In this document: in pieces, positions 56,084-64,000 of the stretch | Position numbering within the stretch: position 1 is the stretch's first letter | Layout: each line of letters starts with the position of its first letter | Assembly (NCBI GenBank): GCA_963702475.1 | Contig: CAVPCT010000005.1 | Span: forward strand, 288,001-352,000 | Length of the DNA: 64,000 nt | Reading direction: 5' to 3' | Source: an uncultured Thermoleophilia bacterium | GTDB taxonomy: Bacteria; Actinomycetota; Thermoleophilia; UBA2241 | The notes under the pieces: generated by a model | Database searches by the model: none | What the model was told of the DNA's origin: nothing | The model's input: the letters and a program-made list of their open reading frames with translations, nothing else | Translations under genes and position numbers: made by a program

Positions 56084-56506
56084 TCACGCCCTGAGGACCA
56101 GCTTGCCCGCCACGGCATCGACCAGCACGCGGTCGCCGTCCTTGACCGCTTCGTAGAAGGCCGGATCGGCACGGTCCACGAGCGGCACGTCCATGACGAT
56201 GGCGCCGGAGACGAGCACGGTGTCGGGCGCCGCCACGATGATGGCCGCCGGCGCTTTGCCGTTCTTCATGAGCTTGTAGAGCCCGTCGGCCTGCACCACG
56301 GAGCTGCCCTTGCCCGACGGCATCACCAGCACCTTGCCGGCGATGTTGCGGCCGTTGATATCGTGCGGGTGCTCCACCACGACGCCGCTCTCGTACTCGA
56401 CGAGGTAGAAGCACACGGCGTCCCTGGAGATGACGACCTCGCCCTCGGCGACCCCCTCGGAGAGGGACCGGCAGCCGAACTCGCGCTCGGTACCCACCTG
56501 GCTCAC
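56084..56506 (-). CDS. Aconitase X small (swivel, DUF126) subunit
   Basis: GVAEGEVVIS, IAGKVLVMPSGKGSSV, GKAPAAII, IVMDVPLVD. Confidence 0.88.
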   Translation of the reverse strand: MSQVGTEREFGCRSLSEGVAEGEVVISRDAVCFYLVEYESGVVVEHPHDINGRNIAGKVLVMPSGKGSSVVQADGLYKLMKNGKAPAAIIVAAPDTVLVSGAIVMDVPLVDRADPAFYEAVKDGDRVLVDAVAGKLVLRA

Positions 56507-57720
56507 GTCGTCACCTCCCCCTTGACGGCGGCTTCGATGGCCTCCCGGAGCGGGCGGATCATGAAGTCCGTCTTGTTGATCTGGTGGTAGTAGGCGCACT
56601 TGGGCGAGTCGGTGACTCCCGTGGCGCCGTAGATGGGGCCCCAGCAGGGCGGCACGTCGATGCAGGTGTCGGCGACGACGTGCCCGCCGGCCCGCCGGAT
56701 GACGTTCAGGTAGCCCATCCGGTCCGCCAGCTCCCTGGTGAGCGAGCTGGTGAGGATCCATGCCGGCACCGCCAGGTGCCGGCCGTCGAGCACCTCGGCG
56801 ATCTCCGCGACCTGGCGGATGGAGAGGTGCGGGCAGCCGAACATGGCGAAGTCGATCTTGCCCGGGCGCCCGCAGACGGCCTCCCGGGCCGCGTCGATGT
56901 CGGCGTCGGCGATGACGACCGTCTCGAGCACTTCGTTGCCGCCGAACGCGGCCTCGAGCGTCGGCGCCTCCGGGGTGATGCCGGGGATGTGGTACATGGA
57001 GACACAACCCGAGGTGTTGAGCTCGGCGCCGAACTGCAGGAAGCCCTCGGGCGTCGGCCGGGCCTCGATCCCGGTGAACACCGGCACCTCGAGGCCCTTG
57101 TACTTCATCGGGTAGGCCCAGCCGAGCAGGGTCCAGTCGAAGTCGTCGCGGACCTCGGTGCGCACCTCGACGAGGACCCGGCCCTTGCGCTCGTCGTCGA
57201 GCAGCAGGCCGTACTCGGGCACCACGCCCGTGACCGCCGCGCACAGGGCGCTGTGCGCCGACTCGCGGTTCGTGCGCGCGCCGATCACCGAGTTCACGTA
57301 CGGAGTCGCGCTCGACTCGGAGAAGGCGATGACCTCGCCGAACGCGGGCACGTTCTTCTCCAGGCCCGGCGCGCAGTCCAGCGTCATGGTGGCGCCGATC
57401 TTCGTGTAGGCGGCATTGGTCTGCGACACGATGTCCAAGCCGGCCTGCGGGATCTCCCACAGGTGCTCGTCGAGGTACTTCAGGTCGATGCTCGGGTTCA
57501 CGGTCGGCGACACCCTGCAGCGCGCCCCACCGTCCACCAGCTTGCTCACGAACCACAGGTCGGCGTCCTGGGCGCTCAGCGCCACATGGGCGCGGGTGAT
57601 GGGCACCATACGCTCGGCGTCGAACGCCTTGCCCACGCCCACCTGTACGCGCATGGCGAGCGCCACGCCTTCACCGTGCTCGCCGTCCAGCATGCTCTGC
57701 TCGAGACTCGTCAACTCCAC
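56503..57720 (-). CDS. Aconitase X large (DUF521) subunit
   Basis: LTSLEQSMLDGEHG, ESSA...NSVIGARTNRE, YHIPGITPEA, GCPHLS, DTC, TDSPKCAYY. Confidence 0.9.
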   Translation of the reverse strand: MELTSLEQSMLDGEHGEGVALAMRVQVGVGKAFDAERMVPITRAHVALSAQDADLWFVSKLVDGGARCRVSPTVNPSIDLKYLDEHLWEIPQAGLDIVSQTNAAYTKIGATMTLDCAPGLEKNVPAFGEVIAFSESSATPYVNSVIGARTNRESAHSALCAAVTGVVPEYGLLLDDERKGRVLVEVRTEVRDDFDWTLLGWAYPMKYKGLEVPVFTGIEARPTPEGFLQFGAELNTSGCVSMYHIPGITPEAPTLEAAFGGNEVLETVVIADADIDAAREAVCGRPGKIDFAMFGCPHLSIRQVAEIAEVLDGRHLAVPAWILTSSLTRELADRMGYLNVIRRAGGHVVADTCIDVPPCWGPIYGATGVTDSPKCAYYHQINKTDFMIRPLREAIEAAVKGEVTT

Positions 57721-57985
57721 TGCGGCTCTCCCTTCCCGCGGCCTCTGCCGGGACGTCCCCATCATCCCCCCGGCCTCCCGCAGGTCAACGGGCACGCCGG
57801 GCGCGGTCCTCAGGGGTGGACACCAACCGCGGCAGAAGGGGGGCCGACCGCCGTCATCGACGTTCCACATATGGGACCATGCGCCCGAGACCCTTGCACT
57901 CGCCTGCGGGCGCTCGTCATATCCTCGTATGGCGAGGATGTCGGCGGCCGACGGGCGCCGTCGGCGGGGGCCACAGGGGAGACCC

Positions 57986-58015
57986 TTGCTTGTGGTATGG
58001 ACCAGCATGCATACT
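57986..58015 (+). promoter_or_regulatory. Candidate promoter with an embedded GntR/FadR-like palindrome TGGT-N4-ACCA
   Basis: TTGCTT-N18-CATACT with TGGTATGGACCA (57993-58004) in the spacer. Confidence 0.45.
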
Positions 58016-58131
58016 GACTCAGGGGCACCGGCCGCAGGGGGCTGCGCGCCGGGTCGGAGACCACGCCGCGCGACCCCGGCCTCTCCACACCAAGACCCAC
58101 CCGCTCGGACGAGCCGTACGAAGGAGGACCT

Positions 58132-59763
58132 GTGACAGGCAACGAACCCACGCACAGCGAGGGGATCCTGAAGACGCCGCTCACGCGCCGCCAGATCCTC
58201 GGCGGAGCCGCCGCGTTCGCCGGGGCGGCGGCGCTCGGCCCGCTCGCCTCCGCCTGCGGCAGCGAGGAGAGCTCCGGCGGCGAGTCCGCGTCCGCCAGCC
58301 CTTCGGCGGCAGCCGGACCCCAGAAAGGCGGCGACCTCGTCGCCGGCATCTACACCGGGTCCGCCAAGGATTCCTACGACCCGCACCGGCTCGCCTACGA
58401 GCCGGAGATCGTCGCGGGCTACCAGCTGTACGACGGGCTGATGACGTTCACGCCCGACTACAAGATCACCCCCGCGCTGGCCGAGGAGGTCACGCCGAGC
58501 GCGGACGCCATGACCTGGACGGCTAAGCTCAAGTCAGGTCTGGTGTTCTCGGACGGTTCTCCGGTGAACGCGGACGCCGTGGTGTGGAGCATCAAGCGCA
58601 TCCTCGACCCCAAGTTCCCCGGCAACAGCGCCGAGATGTTCGTGGGGCTCACGCAGAGCGGCGTACGCAAGGTCGACGACCTCACCGTGGAGTTCGCCCT
58701 GGACACGCCCAACGCCGTGTTCCCCGAAGCGCTCGCCTCCCGCGAGAGCAACATCGTCCCCTCCACCTGGACGGTGGAGAAGCCCGTCGGCAGCGGCCCG
58801 TTCACCCTCAAGAGCTGGACGGCCGGGCAGCAGATGGAGTTCCTCCCGAACCCCAACTACTGGGGTGAGGGGCCCTACGTCGACTCCCTGACGGTCATCG
58901 AGTACCCGGAGCCCACGGCGCGCCTCAACGCCCTGCTCAGCGGGCAGATCGACTGGGCCGGCTACATGGACGGCGCCCAGCTGCAGACCATCCAGAGCAC
59001 GCCCGGGTACGCCGCCTGGCAGACCAAGAACGGCGGCTGGTTCCCGTTCACCATGCGCATCGACGTCAAGCCGTTCGACGACGTCAAGGTGCGCCAGGCG
59101 ATGCGCCTCATCGTCGACCGCGACCAGATGATCGCGCAGGCCTACAACGACCTGGGCTGGGCCGGCAACGACATGTACGCCGTGTACGACCCTGGCTATC
59201 CGGCCGGCCTGCCGCAGCGCACCCAGGATCTCGAGCAGGCCAAGTCGCTGCTCAAGCAGGCCGGACAGGAGAACCTCGCCGTCGAGCTCGTGTGCTCGGA
59301 CGGCGTCGGCGCCGGCACCGTGAACGCCGCCGCCGTGTTCTCCCAGCAGGCCAAGGGCGCAGGCGTGGACATCAAGGTCCGCAAGGTCGACTCAAGCGTC
59401 ATGTACGGCGACGAGTACCTCAAGTGGCCGTTCGCCATGGACTACTGGGGCACGCGCAACTACCTGCCGCAGACCTCCATGGGCACCACCGACGGGGCGC
59501 CGTACAACGAGACCCACTGGCCGGGCCCGTACACCAACTGGCTCGATCTCGTGAACGAGGCCTGGAAGACCACCGACGAGGCCAAGCGCAACGAGCTGGT
59601 CACCGAGGCCTCCACCATCGAGTACAACGAGGGCGGCTACATCGTGTGGTCGTACAACATCTCGTCGGACGGCTACAGGGACGCGATCGGCGGCATGGTG
59701 CACGACGTGTTCGGCGGCTCGTCCATCGGCTACCGGTACCACCTGCTGTACTACAAGGCCTGA
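58132..59763 (+). CDS. ABC transporter substrate-binding protein family 5, Tat-exported lipoprotein
   Basis: TRRQIL twin-arginine and LASAC lipobox; LYDGL, FSDGSP, GSGPF, PFDDVKVRQAM. Confidence 0.92.
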   Translation: MTGNEPTHSEGILKTPLTRRQILGGAAAFAGAAALGPLASACGSEESSGGESASASPSAAAGPQKGGDLVAGIYTGSAKDSYDPHRLAYEPEIVAGYQLYDGLMTFTPDYKITPALAEEVTPSADAMTWTAKLKSGLVFSDGSPVNADAVVWSIKRILDPKFPGNSAEMFVGLTQSGVRKVDDLTVEFALDTPNAVFPEALASRESNIVPSTWTVEKPVGSGPFTLKSWTAGQQMEFLPNPNYWGEGPYVDSLTVIEYPEPTARLNALLSGQIDWAGYMDGAQLQTIQSTPGYAAWQTKNGGWFPFTMRIDVKPFDDVKVRQAMRLIVDRDQMIAQAYNDLGWAGNDMYAVYDPGYPAGLPQRTQDLEQAKSLLKQAGQENLAVELVCSDGVGAGTVNAAAVFSQQAKGAGVDIKVRKVDSSVMYGDEYLKWPFAMDYWGTRNYLPQTSMGTTDGAPYNETHWPGPYTNWLDLVNEAWKTTDEAKRNELVTEASTIEYNEGGYIVWSYNISSDGYRDAIGGMVHDVFGGSSIGYRYHLLYYKA

Positions 59764-59787
59764 GCCGGCCTCGACCGGCCGGAGTGA

Positions 59788-59826
59788 GCCGAGGGCCCGG
59801 CGCGCTGCGCGCGCCGGGCCCTCGGC
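59788..59826. terminator. Bidirectional terminator-like hairpin
   Basis: 18-bp perfect stem GCCGAGGGCCCGGCGCGC/GCGCGCCGGGCCCTCGGC between convergent genes. Confidence 0.7.
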
Positions 59827-59878
59827 CGTCAGGGCGGCGGGCGGCGGCAGAGCCGAGGCGCCGCCTCCACCCGCCCCA

Positions 59879-61072
59879 TCACTCGTACCGCAGGGCCATG
59901 GTCGGCTCTACCGAGGCGGCCTGCACGGCCGGGCCGAGCCCGGCCAGGATGCCGACCGCGGCGGCCACGACCAGGGCGAGCGTCACCGTGAGCGCCGAGA
60001 ACGCCGGCGCCACGTCAAGGGCGGAACCGCCGATGTACGCGGCGCCGATCCCGATGCCCAGACCCAGCACGCCGCCGATGATGCTCGTCACCACGGCGTA
60101 GATCAGGAACTCCATGACGATGTCGCGCCGCGTCGCCCCGACGGCGCGCCGCACACCGATCTCGCGGGTACGCTCGCGCACGGTCACCAGCATGACGTTG
60201 GCCACGCCGATGCCGCCCACCACGAGGCTGATGGCGGCGATCGCCGCCATCAGCCCCGTCAGCGTCTTCGTGCTCGACGACACCGCCGAGGCGATGGAGC
60301 TGGCGTTGACGACCTGGAAGTCGTTCTGGTCTGTCGTCGCCAGACCGCGCTCCGAACGCAGCGTGCTCTCCACGGCCGACGTGAAGGTGTCCACCGCGTC
60401 CGCGTCGGCCTGCACGCGGATGGTCGAGATCTCCGGATGGTAGGAGACCAGCGTGCCCTCGATGGCGGTGAGCGGCACGATGATGCTGTCGTCCACAGAC
60501 GCGAAGGCGATGCCGCCCTGCGAGTCGAGCACGCCGACCACGGTGAACGGCTGGCCGCCCACCTTGACCGTCTCACCGAGCGCGCGCAGCGGCGTGAGCT
60601 CCAGGTTCTCGCAGGTCGTCGACCCGAGCACCGCCACCGGAAGCGCGTTGTCCACCTGGAACCGGCTGAAGAAGGCACCCGCGACCACGGTCAGGTGGTT
60701 GATGGTCCTGAAGCCGGGAAAGGTGCCGGTCACGGTGGCGTTGACGGTGGTCGACCCGGACGTCACGGAGGCGTTGGTGTCCACCGTGTAGACGGTCTTC
60801 TTCACGCCGGGCGTGTCGTCGATCGCCGCGAGGTCGCTCGACGAGAGCCCCGACGAGCTCGACGAGAACCTGCTGGCCTGCACCGTGATGGTGTCCGTAC
60901 CGAACGCGTTGAACCGGTCCTCGACGGCCTTGGTGGAACCGCCGCCGATGGCAGTCAGCGCCACCACCGCACCCACGCCGATGACGATGCCGAGAATGGT
61001 CAGCACCGCGCGCAGCGGGTTGGCCCGCAGGCTCGAGAAGGCGAGACGCAGCGACTCGAGGAAGACGATCAC
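59879..61072 (-). CDS. MacB-like ABC transporter permease
   Basis: RAVLTILGIVIGV, ISLVVGGIGVANVMLVTVRERTREIGVRRAVGA, ALRYE. Confidence 0.93.
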   Translation of the reverse strand: MIVFLESLRLAFSSLRANPLRAVLTILGIVIGVGAVVALTAIGGGSTKAVEDRFNAFGTDTITVQASRFSSSSSGLSSSDLAAIDDTPGVKKTVYTVDTNASVTSGSTTVNATVTGTFPGFRTINHLTVVAGAFFSRFQVDNALPVAVLGSTTCENLELTPLRALGETVKVGGQPFTVVGVLDSQGGIAFASVDDSIIVPLTAIEGTLVSYHPEISTIRVQADADAVDTFTSAVESTLRSERGLATTDQNDFQVVNASSIASAVSSSTKTLTGLMAAIAAISLVVGGIGVANVMLVTVRERTREIGVRRAVGATRRDIVMEFLIYAVVTSIIGGVLGLGIGIGAAYIGGSALDVAPAFSALTVTLALVVAAAVGILAGLGPAVQAASVEPTMALRYE

Positions 61073-62653
61073 TGACTACCGCCCTGCAGCACCGGCGGCG
61101 TCCCCTGCGGCATGCCACCCGCCGGCGGCCCGCCGGCGCCGTTGAGCACGCTGCCGAGGCCGGAGCGCTCCGAGCGGCTCGTCGACGTGCCCTCGACGTA
61201 CTGTCCGGTGACGACGGTCTCGCCCTCGGCGAGACCGCTCGTGACTCTCCGTGTACGACGAGGTGGCCATGCCGGTCTCCACCTGGCGGACGACCGGCAC
61301 GCCGTTCTGCATCACCCGGACATAGGACGTGCTCGAGGTGCCCGTCACCGCGCTGGTCGGCACGAGCAGCACGTCGCTGTGCTCCTCGAGCACGATCTCG
61401 AGCGTGCCGGTCATCCCGGAGCGGGCCACGGAGGGCAGCTCCTCAGGGCGTATGGTGATGGTGTACTGGGTGGAGCCCGAGGACGAGCTTCCCAGGGACG
61501 ACGAGGAGGAGGACGCCGGCTCGTCGGAGATCGCGGTGATGACCCCGGTGAACGCCTGGTCGGTGTACCCGTCGATGGTCATCTGCGCCTTCTGCCCGAC
61601 CTTCAGCTGCCCGAGGTCGCTCTGGCCCACCAGGGCCTGTGCTTCGAGAGCTGTCGGGGCGCTGATCGTCGCGAGCTGAGTGCCGCCGCCGACACGGCTG
61701 CCCAGCGTCACACCCCACGAGGAGAGCGTCGACCCGTCGGGCATCCACACGAAGCGATCCACGTCCACGACGCCGGTCTTGCTCATGCCGTTGTCGGCCT
61801 GCCACTTCTTGTACGCGCTCTCGGTGGCCGCGGTGAACCTCCCGTTGACCTTGCCGTCGTAGTAGCCCTCGTCCCTGAGGGAGCGCTGGAGCACGGCGAC
61901 GTTGACGCGCTGGTCGCCCGACGAGAGGTCGGTGGAGAGGTCCTTCCACAACGGGGCGGAGCTGACGAAGGCGTACACGCCCTTGCCCGACACGGTGAGG
62001 AGCCGCTGCAGCGTGTGCGGCATGCCGCCCTCCTTGGCCACCAGGCGTGTGACGATGCCGCTGAGGCCGGACGATACCGACGTGGACGTGGCGGCGCTGC
62101 CGGTGGAGGCCGCCGCGGAGGACGCGCCTCCACTGCTCGCCGTCATGCCGCCGCTCACGCCGCCGGAGAACGAGCCCCCGGAGGACTGGCTCGGCGAGGG
62201 GACCGGCACCGAGCTCCCGCTCGGCGACGGCCTCACCGTCGGAGTGGCGGTGGGCGTGGGCGTCGCGGTGGGCTCCACGCTGGCCGACGAGCTCGGGCTC
62301 GGCGAGCTCACGTCGAACGACGCGAAGAGCGTCGCGGCCCCGGCCGTCCCCGAGGAGCTGGTCGCGGCGCCCGTCGCACTCCCGCCGTCGGCGGAGCTGT
62401 CGGAGCTCGACGAGCTCCCCGAGAGCGAGATGGCGGAGACGCCGCCGTCGGAGGCCAGCGTGAAGTCGGACTCCACCGTCTGTGAGATCGTCCCCGCAGT
62501 CACCGTCGACGTGAGATACCTCACGGCGCCCGTGGTGTCACGGCCGACGAACCACCACACGCCGCCGCCCGCGGCCGCAGCCAGGGCGACGACGACCAGG
62601 GCCAGGAGCCACCAGCGCTTGCGCTTCCTCTTGCCTGCTGTCGCCGCACTCAC
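61069..62653 (-). CDS. Membrane-fusion (HlyD/MacA-like) adaptor with a peptidoglycan-binding domain; +1 frameshift near 61247
   Basis: N-terminal TM; VAVLQRSL...GYY.G...G.FT..T..A.KKWQ (PG-binding); LKVGQKA, VPTSAV; corrected frame gives EVTSGLAEGETVV and a TGA overlapping the permease GTG. Confidence 0.8.
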
Positions 62654-63576
62654 TGGTACCCTCCTCCGGCCTGGCCGGCGCCGCCCGCCTGGCTCTCTCC
62701 GCCGCCGGTCTCGCCGGCGCCCGGGAACGACCGGTACCAGACGACGCTCTCGCCCTCGCTCAGCCCGGAGACGATCTCCGACTGACTCCCCGACTGCTGT
62801 CCCACCTGCACGGTGCGGGTCTCGATCTTGCCGTCGGTCATCACGTCGACGGTGGCGGAGCTCCCGCTGCCCTTGATGGCGGCAGTCGGGATCACGATGA
62901 CGTCCGCGGCCAGCACCTGCGTCTCGATGGCCGCGAGACCGCTGGTGTCGGCGGCGACGTCGGCCTGGGCCTCGTCCAGGCGGATGGTCGCCGTGACCGT
63001 GCCGTCGGCATTGGCCTCGACGGCGGTCACGGTGCCCGGTGTACCCCGCTCCCCGAGGTCTCCGCTCAAGCCCCCTCCGGGAGAGCCGCCCTGCCCGGGC
63101 TGGGGCATGCCGCTCTGGCCCGGCTGAGGCATGCCGCTGCCCTGCGGCACGGGCATGCCGCTCGGCGCGCCCTGTGACATGCCGCTGGCGCCAGGCTCAG
63201 GCATACCGCTCGGCGCGCCCTGCGGGAAGTCGCCGCGCGCGCCCATCAGCATGACCGTGGCGGACTGTCCCTCGGCCACGGCGGAGGCGCTCTCCGCCGG
63301 CACCGTGGCCTCCACGACCGCCTCGTCGCCGAGTGAGGAGACCCTCACAGGCGCGACGATGCTCTCGGTGAGGTCGCCGCGCTCCACTCTGGTGAGCACC
63401 TGCATGGCGGTCGGCGCGACCTGGCCGGGCTGCGCAGCGCCGTCCTGCGCGCCGCTCGAGCCGCAGGCGGCGACCGCCGTGGCGAGCGCCGCCACGGCGA
63501 CTCCCGCGACGATCGCTCCCGTCATCTTGGTGCGCCCGCCCCGTCGGAGGCCGCGGCGCCTGCTGAACGGCTTCAT
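62650..63576 (-). CDS. Second MacA-like adaptor, probable lipoprotein
   Basis: VAAC lipobox; VERGDL; IPTAAI...VQVG...EIVSGLSEGESV. Confidence 0.75.
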   Translation of the reverse strand: MKPFSRRRGLRRGGRTKMTGAIVAGVAVAALATAVAACGSSGAQDGAAQPGQVAPTAMQVLTRVERGDLTESIVAPVRVSSLGDEAVVEATVPAESASAVAEGQSATVMLMGARGDFPQGAPSGMPEPGASGMSQGAPSGMPVPQGSGMPQPGQSGMPQPGQGGSPGGGLSGDLGERGTPGTVTAVEANADGTVTATIRLDEAQADVAADTSGLAAIETQVLAADVIVIPTAAIKGSGSSATVDVMTDGKIETRTVQVGQQSGSQSEIVSGLSEGESVVWYRSFPGAGETGGGESQAGGAGQAGGGYQ

Positions 63577-64000
63577 ACGTGAGCCTCCGAGTAGGTCGCG
63601 TGGTCGTGCAGTCTTCCTTCGCCGAGCACCAGCCGCCGATCGGCGTGCTCGGCCACGTCTTCTTCGTGCGTGATCATGAAGATGGTGCGGCCCTCCGCGT
63701 GGAGTCTGTCCAGGATCTCCAGCACCTCCGCCGTGGCCGTGAGGTCCAGGTTGCCGGTGGGCTCGTCCACCAACAGCACCTCGGGGTCGCCCACCAGGGC
63801 CCTGGCGATGGCGACGCGCTGCATCTGCCCGCCGGAGAGCTCACTGGGGTCGTGGTCGGCGCGGTCGCCGAGCCCGACCGAGACGAGCGCCTCGCGAGCC
63901 CGCTCGAGGCGCTCCTTGCGCCGCATGCCGCGGTACACGAGCGGCGTGGCGACGTTCTCCAGGGCCGTCGTGCGGGGCAGCAGATTGTGCAGCTGGAAGA
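63573..64000 (-). CDS. ABC transporter ATP-binding protein, LolD/MacB type (5' partial)
   Basis: [33 protein letters not shown]. Confidence 0.93.
   Translation of the reverse strand, partial: FQLHNLLPRTTALENVATPLVYRGMRRKERLERAREALVSVGLGDRADHDPSELSGGQMQRVAIARALVGDPEVLLVDEPTGNLDLTATAEVLEILDRLHAEGRTIFMITHEEDVAEHADRRLVLGEGRLHDHATYSEAHV

Noticed and set aside
63080-63230. GMPQPGQ-like repeats in the adaptor gene
   Set aside because: Low-complexity linker, common in such proteins.

Overview
Very high-GC chromosomal window, most likely from an anaerobic or facultative Actinomycetota-like bacterium (inferred from GC3 bias, TANNNT-type -10 boxes and a leaderless gene; not proven). 1-22 kb is a complete [FeFe]-hydrogenase locus. 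It holds a HydC-HydD-HydB-HydA set whose HydB is fused to a GltD/NfnB-like flavoprotein domain, a signalling block built around a hydrogenase-like sensor fused to a histidine kinase, a second HydCBA with non-bifurcating motifs, and the maturases hydG-(TM1266-like)-aspA-hydF-hydE. 22-43 kb is mixed: five tRNAs, a photolyase, a repeat-containing secreted protein, an IS110 remnant, a sigma/anti-sigma fusion and a sarcosine-oxidase-like operon. 43.7-54 kb is the most striking part, a methylamine methyltransferase cluster. mtbB and one mttB each carry an in-frame TAG at the canonical pyrrolysine position, so the ORF track splits them. The two ambers share a 14/16-nt context. The cluster also has three non-Pyl MttB paralogues, an APC permease, and a BldC/CarH-like HTH-GAF regulator. 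An exact 20-nt candidate operator sits at the same position in two promoters. The window ends with aconitase X genes, an orphan Tat-lipoprotein solute-binding protein and a MacAB-like system. Five single-base frameshifts suggest assembly indel errors. All family assignments come from motif recognition by eye; no database searches were run.
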